Shown in pieces: positions 17,727 through 28,370 of a stretch of 64,000 nt of DNA. The position numbers and the translations under genes were made by a program. This DNA comes from Obrimoposthia wandeli (lineage: Eukaryota): assembly GCA_977020255.1 (NCBI GenBank), contig CDROCS010000321.1:124001-188000 (forward strand), written 5' to 3'. A model generated the notes under the pieces. The model had not been told where the DNA came from. It did no database searches and worked only from the letters and a program-made list of their open reading frames with translations. How positions within the stretch are numbered: position 1 is the first letter of the stretch; each line of letters opens with the position of its first letter.

Positions 17727-20543
17727 ATGCAGAATAACGTCATGAAAGCCTGGTTAGAATCCTCTCATCTAGCCGGTGCGAACCAGACATATATTGAAGA
17801 TTTATATGAGCAATTTTTAGCAGATCCTGATTCAGTTGGCGAAGAATGGCAAACTGTATTTTTAGGTCTACCTAAAGTTGATAATGCGACTAAAGAAGTT
17901 CCACATGGTCCAGTTAAGGACTATTTCATTCGTCTTGCGAAAGACACCTCTCGCTATGCAGCGCAAGTAAGCGACCCGCATAACGATGCGAAACAAGTTA
18001 GAGTATTACAATTAATTAATGCTTTCCGTTTCCGTGGTCACCAGCATGCCAACTTAGACCCATTAGGTTTATGGGCACGCGATCGTGTACAAGACCTAGA
18101 TCCTGCATATCACACTCTTTCTGATGCCGATTTTGATGCCAATTTTAACGTTGGTTCATACGCTATTGGTCAAGAAAGCATGAAACTAAGTGACCTTTAT
18201 GCTTCGCTACAAAAAACTTACTGTGGTTCAATTGCTGCTGAATATATGCACATTGTCTCTACAGAAGAAAAGCGTTGGATTCAAAGTCGTTTAGAGTCTG
18301 TTGAAAGCAGTCCAGAATTTGAAAAAGAAGATAAATTACGATTTTTGGACAGCTTAACCGCTGCCGAAGGTCTTGAAAAATATCTTGGTGCTAAGTTCCC
18401 TGGTGCAAAACGTTTCTCCCTCGAGGGTGGTGATGCACTAATTCCAATGATGAAAGAATTAATTCGTCGTAGTGGTGAACAAGGTATCAAAGAAGCCGTT
18501 ATTGGTATGGCGCATCGCGGCAGACTGAATATGCTGGTTAACGTACTTGGTAAAAAACCAGCTGATCTGTTTGATGAATTTGCGGGTAAACACAGTGACG
18601 TATGGGGAGCGGGTGACGTTAAGTATCACCAAGGTTTCAGCTCAGATTTTAATACCCCAGGCGGTAATGTACATTTAGCTCTTGCGTTTAATCCATCGCA
18701 TTTAGAAATTGTTAACCCAGTAGTAATGGGATCTGTTCGTGCACGTCAAGAACGTCTTGGTAGCACAAATGGTGACGAAGTACTGGCGATCACAATTCAT
18801 GGTGATTCTGCAATTGCTGGTCAAGGTGTTGTGGCTGAGACATTCAATATGTCGCAAACACGCGCTTATGGCATCGGTGGTACTGTACGTATTGTTGTTA
18901 ATAACCAGGTTGGTTTTACAACGTCGAATCCAAAAGATATGCGCTCTACAGAATATTGTACGGATATCGCAAAAATGGTTCAGGCCCCTATCTTCCATGT
19001 AAATGCTGATGATCCTGAAGCCGTTGTTCTCGTTACTCAAATTGCGCTTGATTACCGTAATACATTTAAGCGTGATGTTGTCATCGATTTAGTTTGTTAT
19101 CGCCGCCACGGCCATAATGAAGCCGATGAGCCGAGTGCAACACAGCCATTAATGTACAAAAAAATTAAACAACATCCAACGCCACGTAAGATCTACGCTG
19201 ATCAGTTAGTCAATGAAAGCGTAATTGATGCCGCTGAAGCGACAGGTTTCATTAACGAATATCGTGATCTGCTTGACGGTGGTGAATGTGTCGTTAAAGA
19301 ATGGCGTCCAATGCAGCAGCACTCAGTTGATTGGAACCCATACTTAAAACACGAATGGGATATGCCTTATCAATCACAAGTGCCTGAAGATAAACTTGCT
19401 GCACTTGCATTGAAAATGACAGTTGTACCTGAAGGACATAAGATTCAATCTCGTGTTCAGAAAATTTACAACGATCGTATTTCAATGGCAAACGGTGAGA
19501 AACCGTGTGATTGGGGTTTTGCTGAAACATTGGCATATGCAACACTGCTTGATGATAACTATAAAGTACGTATTACTGGGCAAGATGTTGGCCGTGGTAC
19601 TTTCTTCCATCGACATGCTGTTGTACACAACCAAGAAAACGCAAGTACGTATACACCATTAGCCAATTTAAAACCTGATCAAGGTGAGTTAACTATCCAC
19701 GATTCAGTATTATCTGAAGAAGCGGTATTAGCGTTTGAATATGGTTATGCGACGACTGAACCAAGTGGTTTGACTATTTGGGAAGCACAATTCGGTGATT
19801 TCGCCAATGGTGCACAAGTTGTATTTGATCAATTCCTTTCTTCTGGTGAACAGAAATGGGGTCGTATGTGTGGTCTAACAGTGATGTTACCACATGGTTA
19901 TGAAGGACAAGGTCCTGAGCATTCATCTGCACGTCTAGAACGTTATATGCAAATGTGTGCTGAGCATAACTGGCAGGTGTGTGTACCGAGTACACCAGCG
20001 CAAGTTTATCATATGCTTCGTCGCCAAACTGTACGTCCTATGCGTCGTCCATTAATCGTTATGACACCTAAATCATTGTTACGTCATCCACTCGCTATTT
20101 CCGACATGTCTGAGCTAGCTGACGGTACGTTCCAAAATATCATTGGTGAAATTGATGTACTTGACTCAACGCAAGTTAAACGTGTTGTGATGTGTAGCGG
20201 TAAAGTGTATTTCGATTTACTCGAAACACGTCGTAAAACAGGTCAAACTGATGTTGCTATTGTGCGTATTGAACAGCTTTATCCTTTCCCACATGCGGAA
20301 ATTGCAGCTGTCTTCGCTGAATATCAACATGTTGAACAGTTTGTTTGGTGTCAGGAAGAACCTCAGAATCAGGGTGCTTGGTATTCAAGTCAGCATCACT
20401 TCTGGGAAGCTATCCCGCAAGGCGCTAAGCTAAGTTACGCTGGACGTGCTGCATCAGCATCACCAGCAGTCGGTTATATGTCTGTACATACAAAACAACA
20501 GCAAGCACTTATTGAAGATGCTCTTACTGTTGCGCAGAAATAG
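17727..20543 (+). CDS. sucA: 2-oxoglutarate dehydrogenase E1
   Basis: KRFSLEGG, GMAHRGRLN, IHGDSA and HGYEGQGPEHSSAR motifs. Confidence 0.99.
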   Translation: MQNNVMKAWLESSHLAGANQTYIEDLYEQFLADPDSVGEEWQTVFLGLPKVDNATKEVPHGPVKDYFIRLAKDTSRYAAQVSDPHNDAKQVRVLQLINAFRFRGHQHANLDPLGLWARDRVQDLDPAYHTLSDADFDANFNVGSYAIGQESMKLSDLYASLQKTYCGSIAAEYMHIVSTEEKRWIQSRLESVESSPEFEKEDKLRFLDSLTAAEGLEKYLGAKFPGAKRFSLEGGDALIPMMKELIRRSGEQGIKEAVIGMAHRGRLNMLVNVLGKKPADLFDEFAGKHSDVWGAGDVKYHQGFSSDFNTPGGNVHLALAFNPSHLEIVNPVVMGSVRARQERLGSTNGDEVLAITIHGDSAIAGQGVVAETFNMSQTRAYGIGGTVRIVVNNQVGFTTSNPKDMRSTEYCTDIAKMVQAPIFHVNADDPEAVVLVTQIALDYRNTFKRDVVIDLVCYRRHGHNEADEPSATQPLMYKKIKQHPTPRKIYADQLVNESVIDAAEATGFINEYRDLLDGGECVVKEWRPMQQHSVDWNPYLKHEWDMPYQSQVPEDKLAALALKMTVVPEGHKIQSRVQKIYNDRISMANGEKPCDWGFAETLAYATLLDDNYKVRITGQDVGRGTFFHRHAVVHNQENASTYTPLANLKPDQGELTIHDSVLSEEAVLAFEYGYATTEPSGLTIWEAQFGDFANGAQVVFDQFLSSGEQKWGRMCGLTVMLPHGYEGQGPEHSSARLERYMQMCAEHNWQVCVPSTPAQVYHMLRRQTVRPMRRPLIVMTPKSLLRHPLAISDMSELADGTFQNIIGEIDVLDSTQVKRVVMCSGKVYFDLLETRRKTGQTDVAIVRIEQLYPFPHAEIAAVFAEYQHVEQFVWCQEEPQNQGAWYSSQHHFWEAIPQGAKLSYAGRAASASPAVGYMSVHTKQQQALIEDALTVAQK

Positions 20544-20558
20544 TTTATTAAAGGAATT

Positions 20559-21752
20559 ATGAAAATGACAATTGAAATTGTGGTACCTGTACTACCAGAA
20601 TCAGTAGCGGACGCAGCGGTAGCAACTTGGCACAAACGCCCTGGCGATGCTGTTGAACGTGATGAAGTAATTGTAGAGATTGAAACCGATAAAGTTATTC
20701 TAGAAGTTCCAGCAGTTGAATCTGGTGTTCTTGTTGAAATTCTTGAAGAAGAAGGCGCAACGGTTCTTGGTCAGCAAGTGATTGGTCGATTAAAAGTTGG
20801 CGCTGTCGCTGGTGAAGAAACAAAAGATAAACCTGCTGCAGCAAGCGAAGAACCAGTAGACGCAAGTCCTGCTGTTCGTCGCCTTATTGCAGAGAACGGT
20901 TTAGACGCTGCGAAGATCACTGGTACTGGCAAAAATGGCTTAATCACCAAAGAAGATGTTGAAAAAGCATTAGCAGCACCAGCTGTAGCGCCAGTTGCAA
21001 AAGCCGCTGCGCCAGCACCTGTTGTTACTGCACCAGTAGAACTTCAAGCGGGCCGTAGTGAAAAACGTGTTGCGATGACACGTCTTCGCAAGCGTATCGC
21101 TGAGCGTTTATTAGAAGCTAAAAACTCAACGGCAATGCTAACAACGTTTAACGAAATCAACATGAAACCTATCATGGATATTCGTAAACAGTATAAAGAC
21201 GTATTTGAAGAACGTCACGGCATCCGTTTAGGCTTCATGTCTTTCTATGTGAAAGCCGTTGTTGAAGCACTAAAACGTTACCCTGAAGTGAACGCGTCAA
21301 TCGATGGTACTGACATCGTTTATCACAACTACTTTGATGTGAGCATCGCTATTTCAACACCACGTGGTCTAGTTACACCGGTATTACGTGATTGCGATAC
21401 GATGAGTCTTGCTGATATCGAAAAGAACATTCGTCAATTAGCCCTTAAAGGTCGTGACGGTAAACTGTCAATTGAAGATCTTACTGGTGGTAACTTTACG
21501 GTTACAAACGGTGGTGTATTTGGTTCATTGATGTCTACACCTATCATCAACCCACCACAAAGCGCAATCTTAGGTATGCACAAAATCCAAGATCGCCCAA
21601 TGGCTGTTGATGGTCAAGTTGTTATTCAACCTATGATGTACCTAGCACTTTCTTACGATCACCGCCTAGTTGATGGTAAAGAGTCTGTTGGTTTCTTAGT
21701 AACAATCAAAAACTTATTAGAAGACCCAACTCGTCTTCTTTTAGATGTGTAA
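20559..21752 (+). CDS. sucB: Dihydrolipoamide succinyltransferase E2
   Basis: Lipoyl motif ETDKV, Ala/Pro linker and catalytic YDHRLVDG. Confidence 0.99.
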   Translation: MKMTIEIVVPVLPESVADAAVATWHKRPGDAVERDEVIVEIETDKVILEVPAVESGVLVEILEEEGATVLGQQVIGRLKVGAVAGEETKDKPAAASEEPVDASPAVRRLIAENGLDAAKITGTGKNGLITKEDVEKALAAPAVAPVAKAAAPAPVVTAPVELQAGRSEKRVAMTRLRKRIAERLLEAKNSTAMLTTFNEINMKPIMDIRKQYKDVFEERHGIRLGFMSFYVKAVVEALKRYPEVNASIDGTDIVYHNYFDVSIAISTPRGLVTPVLRDCDTMSLADIEKNIRQLALKGRDGKLSIEDLTGGNFTVTNGGVFGSLMSTPIINPPQSAILGMHKIQDRPMAVDGQVVIQPMMYLALSYDHRLVDGKESVGFLVTIKNLLEDPTRLLLDV

Positions 21753-21775
21753 TTTTTAGTTTACTTATTTAGTTG

Positions 21776-21800
21776 CTTACGCCTTATCTTGAGGCGTAAG
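21776..21800 (+). other. Intercistronic stem-loop between sucB and sucC
   Basis: CTTACGCCT-tatcttg-AGGCGTAAG, a perfect 9-bp stem with no strong U tract. Confidence 0.6.
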
Positions 21801-21844
21801 TTCTTAGGACAAGCCCTTGTGGCTATTAACATGGATATACGAGC

Positions 21845-23011
21845 ATGAATCTGCATGAATATCAGGCAAAACAACTTTTTGCTGAATATGGTTTGCCAGT
21901 TCCAGAAGGTTACGCTACAAACGTACCTCATGAAGCTGCAGCTTTCGCTGACAAAATTGGTGGCGATAAATGGGTTGTTAAATGTCAAGTTCACGCCGGT
22001 GGCCGTGGCAAAGCAGGTGGTGTTAAGCTTGTTACATCGAAAGATGAAATTACTGCATTTGCTGAGCATTGGTTAGGTAAGAACTTAGTTACTTATCAGA
22101 CAGATGAGAAAGGCCAGCCAGTTTCACAAATCTTAGTTGAAGCGGCAGGTGATATCGCTAATGAACTTTACCTTGGCGCGGTTATTGACCGTGGTTCACG
22201 TAGAGTTGTATTTATGGCATCAACTGAAGGTGGTGTTGACATTGAGACGGTTGCAGAGCAAACGCCTGAATTGATTCACAAAGCAACGATTGATCCACTT
22301 GTTGGCGCTCAACCTTACCAAGCACGTGAACTTGCATTCAAACTTGGTTTACAAGGCGCTCAAATCAAGCAGTTTACACAGATCTTTATGGGTCTAGCTA
22401 AAATGTTCACTGATTCTGATATGGCACTACTTGAAATCAATCCACTTATCGTTACTGGTGCGGGTGATTTGGTTTGTTTAGATGGTAAAATTACTATCGA
22501 TTCAAATGCACTTTATCGCCAACCTAAACTACGTTTAATGCAAGACGTTACTCAAGAAGATGCACGTGAAGCTCACGCTGCTAAATTTGAGTTAAACTAC
22601 GTAGCATTAGACGGTAGCATTGGTTGCATGGTAAACGGTGCAGGTCTAGCAATGGGTACGATGGATATTGTTAACATCCATGGTGGCAAACCAGCTAACT
22701 TCCTAGATGTTGGCGGCGGCGCGACAAAAGAACGTGTTGCTGAAGCATTTAAAATCATTCTTTCTGATGAAAATGTTAAAGCTGTACTAGTAAACATCTT
22801 TGGTGGCATCGTCCGTTGTGACATGATTGCTGAAGGTATTGTTGGTGCAGTACAAGAAGTTGGCGTAAAAGTGCCAGTTGTTGTACGTCTAGAAGGTAAC
22901 AATGCAGAATTAGGCCGTGAAGTTTTAGCTAAATCTGGATTAAATATTATCGCAGCATCTAGCCTAACGGATGCAGCGCAACAAGTTGTTGCAGCAGCGG
23001 AGGGCAAATAA
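21845..23011 (+). CDS. sucC: Succinyl-CoA synthetase beta subunit
   Basis: [21 protein letters not shown] and [11 protein letters not shown] motifs. Confidence 0.99.
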   Translation: MNLHEYQAKQLFAEYGLPVPEGYATNVPHEAAAFADKIGGDKWVVKCQVHAGGRGKAGGVKLVTSKDEITAFAEHWLGKNLVTYQTDEKGQPVSQILVEAAGDIANELYLGAVIDRGSRRVVFMASTEGGVDIETVAEQTPELIHKATIDPLVGAQPYQARELAFKLGLQGAQIKQFTQIFMGLAKMFTDSDMALLEINPLIVTGAGDLVCLDGKITIDSNALYRQPKLRLMQDVTQEDAREAHAAKFELNYVALDGSIGCMVNGAGLAMGTMDIVNIHGGKPANFLDVGGGATKERVAEAFKIILSDENVKAVLVNIFGGIVRCDMIAEGIVGAVQEVGVKVPVVVRLEGNNAELGREVLAKSGLNIIAASSLTDAAQQVVAAAEGK

Positions 23012-23881
23012 ATGAGCGTTTTAATTAATAAAGATACGAAAGTAATCTGTCAAGGTTTCACTGGTGGTCAAGGTACTTTCCACTCAGAGCAAGCTGCTGA
23101 ATACGGCACTCAAATGGTTGGTGGTGTTTCTCCTGGTAAAGGCGGCACAACACATTTAGGTCTTCCTGTATTCAACACAGTACGTGATGCAGTAGAAACA
23201 ACTGGCGCAACAGCGTCTGTTATCTATGTTCCAGCACCGTTCTGTAAAGATGCTATCTTAGAAGCTATTGATGCAGGTATTGAACTTATCGTTTGTATTA
23301 CAGAAGGTATCCCGACTGTAGATATGATCGAAGTTAAAGTTAAACTTGATCAACAAAACGTTCGTATGATCGGTCCTAACTGTCCGGGTGTTATCACTCC
23401 GGGTGAATGTAAGATTGGTATCATGCCTGGTCACATTCACAAGCCAGGTAAAATCGGTATTGTTTCACGCTCTGGTACATTAACGTATGAAGCTGTAAAA
23501 CAAACGACTGACGAAGGCTACGGTCAATCAACTTGTGTTGGTATCGGTGGTGATCCAATCCCAGGTACTAACTTTATTGATGTACTTGAATTGTTTGAAA
23601 AAGATCCACAAACTGAAGCAATCGTAATGATTGGTGAAATTGGTGGTACTGCAGAAGAAGAAGCTGCTGCTTATATTAAAGCACATGTAACTAAACCTGT
23701 TGTTTCTTACATTGCCGGTGTTACAGCTCCTGCTGGTAAACGTATGGGTCATGCTGGCGCAATTATCGCTGGCGGTAAAGGTACTGCAGACGAGAAATTT
23801 GCAGCCCTTGAAGACGCAGGCGTGTCAACAGTGCGTTCATTAGCTGATATTGGCTCGGCATTACGTGCTAAATTAGGTTAA
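23012..23881 (+). CDS. sucD: Succinyl-CoA synthetase alpha subunit
   Basis: QGFTG, GPNCPG and RMGHAGA (phospho-His) motifs. Confidence 0.99.
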   Translation: MSVLINKDTKVICQGFTGGQGTFHSEQAAEYGTQMVGGVSPGKGGTTHLGLPVFNTVRDAVETTGATASVIYVPAPFCKDAILEAIDAGIELIVCITEGIPTVDMIEVKVKLDQQNVRMIGPNCPGVITPGECKIGIMPGHIHKPGKIGIVSRSGTLTYEAVKQTTDEGYGQSTCVGIGGDPIPGTNFIDVLELFEKDPQTEAIVMIGEIGGTAEEEAAAYIKAHVTKPVVSYIAGVTAPAGKRMGHAGAIIAGGKGTADEKFAALEDAGVSTVRSLADIGSALRAKLG

Positions 23882-23900
23882 TACTTGTTTTTATTATATT

Positions 23901-23924
23901 AAACCACCTTCGGGTGGTTTTTTT
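23901..23924 (+). terminator. Terminator of the sdh-suc operon
   Basis: AAACCACC-TTCG-GGTGGTTT followed by a T run. Confidence 0.93.
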
Positions 23925-24045
23925 ATTTGTGCATTTTATGGTTTTAAGGTCTATATTATTAACTATGAGCTTGAAAAATATTAATGTTTTTTGAACGTTA
24001 TTTTTTTCCTCTGAGTTAACTTTGTATTCTTTAGGAGAATTTATA

Positions 24046-24381
24046 ATGGACATATTACGACCTCATGACGGAATCATAATTTTACCTATCGCTACAGACC
24101 TCGATACCGAGCACGTAGTTAGTATTCAGCCTAGCTTAGAGGCGTTGGTTGATGATCATGCTGAAAACATTATCTTAGATTTTACTCATGTTACTTTTAT
24201 TGACTCAACGGGTATTGGCGCTATTGTTTTTTTGTTCAAAAGACTCACTTCACAACGTCGTACTCTTTCTCTTCTTAAAGTCTCAGGCCAACCGCATAAA
24301 TTGATGACGATGTTACGAGTCGAAAACGCAATCCCTTTTATTGAAGACATTCCTGAATCTACTGCAGGTCACTCGGCATAA
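24046..24381 (+). CDS. STAS-domain anti-sigma-factor antagonist, SypA-like (start moved to ATG 24046 after AGGAG)
   Basis: IILDFTHVTFIDSTGIGAIVFLFKRL with the phosphorylatable Ser at position 54; first gene of a syp-like operon. Confidence 0.9.
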   Translation: MDILRPHDGIIILPIATDLDTEHVVSIQPSLEALVDDHAENIILDFTHVTFIDSTGIGAIVFLFKRLTSQRRTLSLLKVSGQPHKLMTMLRVENAIPFIEDIPESTAGHSA

Positions 24382-24403
24382 CTAAATCGCCGTAAGGTAT
24401 TGA

Positions 24404-25537
24404 ATGAATAGATTATTGCTATGGACAGCTATATGTATTTTCCTTTCTGGTTGCACAAACTGGCCTAGTGTTGGCTACTTTGAGAATACAACAATCCATA
24501 CTGAAGAAAGAATTCAATTTAAACAACATTATGACTATTTGAATTTACATTTTTCAGTAGCTAATCTACGCGGTGCACAAACGTGTACACCTGCCTACGT
24601 AAAAACGGTTGAAAATATTAATAGTCGTGTTGAGAAAGCCATTGCCGTTGAAGACCCGCGAGATGTGAAAATAGAAATCGCCATTCTAGAAAAAAACATC
24701 ACCAACTTAATTCTGCACCTCAATCGAGTCACGAGTAACACTAATTGTGCTCAACCACCACGTTTAGTCACGTCTAATTTTGTTCACCCGTTAATTTATC
24801 AGCTCGATCTCTTACTGTACTGTGCACCACAATTTGAAAAAGGTAATGCTACTTTGACTGAAGAGTACAAAGTGTGTCTTCGCCAAGTAAGCTTTTTGCT
24901 GTTAGATAATCCAGAAATTATAATTGAATACACTAAATACAGATTGTTTGAAAATAGCATTAGTGCAAAAAAATCACAATCAAATATCAATTACACCAAC
25001 AATATAGTGACTCATAATGTCACGACCATTGTTGATAAAGAAAGTGAAAATTTAGCGGTTACAGTTAATCAAAATGATGAAGATTATAATGACATCATGC
25101 GCCAATATTTACTCTTTGAACAAGTGCCTGGCGTGAGTGTGCAGCAAATTTCTCGATTACAGTTAGACCTAGATCAAGTGCATAACCCCGTTCAAATTCA
25201 TGAGATAGCTGCAACAGACGCGCGTCAGAATCAACCTCAGTTATCTACAGTCGATGATTATGCGACAAGCCTAAAGGATGTTGAGTTACTTAATTTACGT
25301 ACAGATGTGATCTTGGATTATGTTTTGAACATCACTGCTGACCCACTACGTCACAAGGTTATCTATGAAGACTTACGACTCAGTTCTGTCACTTCAATAA
25401 CGCCAGTGATTAGCACGTTATTGTGGCAATCAAAGCATAATCAAGATGTCGACCATAAAGTAAAAAATTGGCGGTTTTTGTTGAACGAAGACGAGCTTTT
25501 TTCCGATGCGTCACTGCCAAAAGGAGTCGCATTATGA
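24404..25537 (+). CDS. Lipoprotein with a degenerate, interrupted OmpA-like domain, SypB-like
   Basis: Lipobox LSGC; FEKGNATLTEEYKVCLRQVSFLLLDNPEI resembles the start of an OmpA-C domain; occupies the sypB position in the operon. Confidence 0.6.
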   Translation: MNRLLLWTAICIFLSGCTNWPSVGYFENTTIHTEERIQFKQHYDYLNLHFSVANLRGAQTCTPAYVKTVENINSRVEKAIAVEDPRDVKIEIAILEKNITNLILHLNRVTSNTNCAQPPRLVTSNFVHPLIYQLDLLLYCAPQFEKGNATLTEEYKVCLRQVSFLLLDNPEIIIEYTKYRLFENSISAKKSQSNINYTNNIVTHNVTTIVDKESENLAVTVNQNDEDYNDIMRQYLLFEQVPGVSVQQISRLQLDLDQVHNPVQIHEIAATDARQNQPQLSTVDDYATSLKDVELLNLRTDVILDYVLNITADPLRHKVIYEDLRLSSVTSITPVISTLLWQSKHNQDVDHKVKNWRFLLNEDELFSDASLPKGVAL

Positions 25538-27654
25538 AATTTTCATTACTGTGTTGTACTTTCTGTTTAACACTGTGTTTTACTTTGATATCAACGTCGT
25601 CAATAGCTTATGCAGAAAGCGATCTTGTTGATTCTGGCGACCAACTGTTTATTTTTATGCCAGGTGAAAGCGATTTCGAAGAACCGTTTCAAGTTGATGC
25701 AAGTGGTTACATTCAAATACCTGAAATAGGGCGGATACAAGTCAAAGGTAAAACCCTAGCGGCAGTACTTAAAGAATTAAAAACCGCATTGAGTGTGGTG
25801 TTTCGTGATATATCGAAACTGTACATTGAGTTTAGAGCGCGCGAGAAGTTAGTGACCGTATTAGGCTATGTTAATGATCCACATGAAGTTGTACTGCCTG
25901 AATTTGGTAATGTACAGATGGCATTGAATAAAGCTGGCGGCATGCTTGCAGGCGCTCAACTGGACAATATGCAATTGCAACGAGGCGCTAAAGTGATCAT
26001 TTTCGACTTTAAGCGTTACTTGGAAACGGGTGATGACAACGTATTGCCAGTGCTTAGATCGGGCGATGTTATTTTTGTGCCTTCATCGCCGCTTACTGGC
26101 AATGTACAAATGACTTTTGATGCGACAACGTTAAAATCGGGCGGTGATGCAAGTGATACCCAAAAAGCGGTGACTGTTTTTGGTGAGGTTAATGCACCAG
26201 GCACGTTCTCTTATGTACCGGGTATGACGGTGATAGAAAGTTTAATGAAGGCTAATGGCGTTACCCGTTATGGTAATGTAAGTAAGATTCGAGTCATGGG
26301 GTTAAAAGAGCCACAAACATTCGATTTAAAGCTTTACCTAGATACCGGTGATGTTTCTGAATTACCGATAATACGACCAGGCACGACTATTTTTGTACCG
26401 ATTCAAGTTGCAGATATCAAAGTGGGCCTACAAGTTGTTTATGTCATGGGGCAAGTGAATAAACCAGGTGCTTATGAAGGCCGGGAAGGCATTACGTTTA
26501 TGGATATGCTTGCCAATGCCGGTGGTCCTAATCGATATGCTGATACGCAACAAATCCGCGTGTTGAAAGTGTCTGGTGACACAATCCAGTTTAATTTAAA
26601 GAAATATACCGATGATCCTGTAAATAACCCTTATCCTAAAATCACCGGTGGCGATGTCATTTTCTTACCCGAAAAAGCCGATATGATTGAGAAATCCTGG
26701 TTAATTGAAGCGCATAACGAGGCCATTAAAATCATCGGTGCAGTGAAGAATCCAGGCCGCTATCAATGGGACGATGATATGACATTCCTTGATTTGTTAG
26801 GGCATGCCGAAGGACCGACTGAAAAAGCCGATTTAGCCAAAATAATTATCGTTGGTAACGATGGTTTAGGTGAGCGGCAGTCTTTTGATTTAGAAAAATT
26901 CATGAAAGAGGGTGGTGATTATTTAATACTACCGCAGTTATCTGCTGGTGATACTGTGATGTTCAACGAACTACCTGATGATCCAACAGACAATAAATCT
27001 AAATGGATTAAGCAAGAATCTGAGTCTTCAATTTATATACTTGGTGCGGTTGGATCACCAGGGCGTTATGCTTTTAATAGCCGATTAGACTTTTTAGACT
27101 TATTATCTGCTGCTGATGGGCCGACGAATGAAGCTGATATCAAACACATTAAAGTCACTCATCGTAATAGACGTTATGCGAAAACCTCCACCCTTGATCT
27201 CGATATGTACTTTGAGACGGGTGATGAAAGTCTGTTACCGCAAATACTACCTGGTGATACCATTTACATTCCAGCGAAGACAGATCAAGGGATATTGAAC
27301 AATACCGCTAATATCGTTCAAGTATTAGGAGCTGTTCACAACCCTGGGCGTTACAAATATGATTCCTCATTGGATGTGGTGGGTATATTAACAATGGCTG
27401 GAGGGCCAACGTCAGAGGCTTACATTGACCGTATTGTCATCGTGACTAAACGTGGTGAAATGGAACACACTGCAAGGTCGTTCAACATGAAGCATTATTT
27501 TACCCAACCAGACTATCGCGATATACCGATTATACATGCGGGGGATACCATTTATGTACCTAACGAAAAAGACTCAAACTGGAGCCAGCTAATGGATATA
27601 TTAGGCAGTGCACTGAGTATCGTAACACTCTTTATTGTCGGCTCTTCCCTATGA
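25534..27654 (+). CDS. Polysaccharide export protein with Poly_export and six SLBB repeats, SypC/Wza-like (start moved to ATG 25534, ATGA overlap)
   Basis: Signal peptide (AYA-ES), VDASGYIQIPEIGRI, six V-x-V/I-x-G-x-V-x-x-P repeats and a C-terminal amphipathic helix. Confidence 0.9.
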   Translation: MKFSLLCCTFCLTLCFTLISTSSIAYAESDLVDSGDQLFIFMPGESDFEEPFQVDASGYIQIPEIGRIQVKGKTLAAVLKELKTALSVVFRDISKLYIEFRAREKLVTVLGYVNDPHEVVLPEFGNVQMALNKAGGMLAGAQLDNMQLQRGAKVIIFDFKRYLETGDDNVLPVLRSGDVIFVPSSPLTGNVQMTFDATTLKSGGDASDTQKAVTVFGEVNAPGTFSYVPGMTVIESLMKANGVTRYGNVSKIRVMGLKEPQTFDLKLYLDTGDVSELPIIRPGTTIFVPIQVADIKVGLQVVYVMGQVNKPGAYEGREGITFMDMLANAGGPNRYADTQQIRVLKVSGDTIQFNLKKYTDDPVNNPYPKITGGDVIFLPEKADMIEKSWLIEAHNEAIKIIGAVKNPGRYQWDDDMTFLDLLGHAEGPTEKADLAKIIIVGNDGLGERQSFDLEKFMKEGGDYLILPQLSAGDTVMFNELPDDPTDNKSKWIKQESESSIYILGAVGSPGRYAFNSRLDFLDLLSAADGPTNEADIKHIKVTHRNRRYAKTSTLDLDMYFETGDESLLPQILPGDTIYIPAKTDQGILNNTANIVQVLGAVHNPGRYKYDSSLDVVGILTMAGGPTSEAYIDRIVIVTKRGEMEHTARSFNMKHYFTQPDYRDIPIIHAGDTIYVPNEKDSNWSQLMDILGSALSIVTLFIVGSSL

Positions 27655-28370
27655 ATATATTACCGGAAACATTTATAGAAATAGACCAAATTTATCAGCT
27701 AATTATGAATGAAAATATTAAGTCGTTAGCGATCAACTGCGCTCAAGGAGGGGAAGGTACTACTGAGTTGGTTTTAGCGCTTGCTCGGCGTCATAAAGCG
27801 GCTGGAAGTCGAGTCCTTATTGTAGATCTCAATACATTCAAACCAGCAATCACCAATGAATATGTTCAGGAAAAGCAGTCATGGTCTCTTGATGATACTG
27901 ATTTACAAACCGCCTCCATGACTCAATTTTCTGAAATGATTGATATTTTACCTGCCCCACAAGGTGAGCAAGATCAAAATATTAGCTTCCGAGACGAAAA
28001 GAAGATCAAAAATGCGATCGACTTTTGGTTACAACACTATAATTTTATTATATTTGATACATGTGCAATTACGCTAACAAATTTTTCAAACATACCAGGT
28101 GAAGTGATTGCTAGGGGTTGTGATGCCAGTTTACTTATTATCGCACCCGGTATTTCACTCGAGAGTCGGGTATTAAAGACACTCGAGATGCTTAAGCAGA
28201 ATAATGTGACATTACTTGGCACTGTTATTAATGATGTTAAGTGCCCACCGCTCGATATGCAACTTAGAAACTCAGTACGTAGACGACTCAAGCGCTTACC
28301 GATACTGAAGCAATGGTTACTTAATCGAATTTCGAATATTGAATTATTAAAAGGAAGAATCGGCCGTTGA
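27651..28370 (+). CDS. Wzc/CapB-like P-loop protein (chain-length/tyrosine-kinase domain), SypD-like
   Basis: Deviant Walker A GGEGTT, A' LIVDLN, Walker B IIFDT and LLGTVIND; no TM segments. Confidence 0.8.
   Translation: MNILPETFIEIDQIYQLIMNENIKSLAINCAQGGEGTTELVLALARRHKAAGSRVLIVDLNTFKPAITNEYVQEKQSWSLDDTDLQTASMTQFSEMIDILPAPQGEQDQNISFRDEKKIKNAIDFWLQHYNFIIFDTCAITLTNFSNIPGEVIARGCDASLLIIAPGISLESRVLKTLEMLKQNNVTLLGTVINDVKCPPLDMQLRNSVRRRLKRLPILKQWLLNRISNIELLKGRIGR

Noticed and set aside
23882-23924. Possible SdhX/RybD-like sRNA from the sucD 3' UTR
   Set aside because: Only about 20 nt separate the stop codon from the terminator stem, too short for the enterobacterial sRNA, and I see no recognisable seed.
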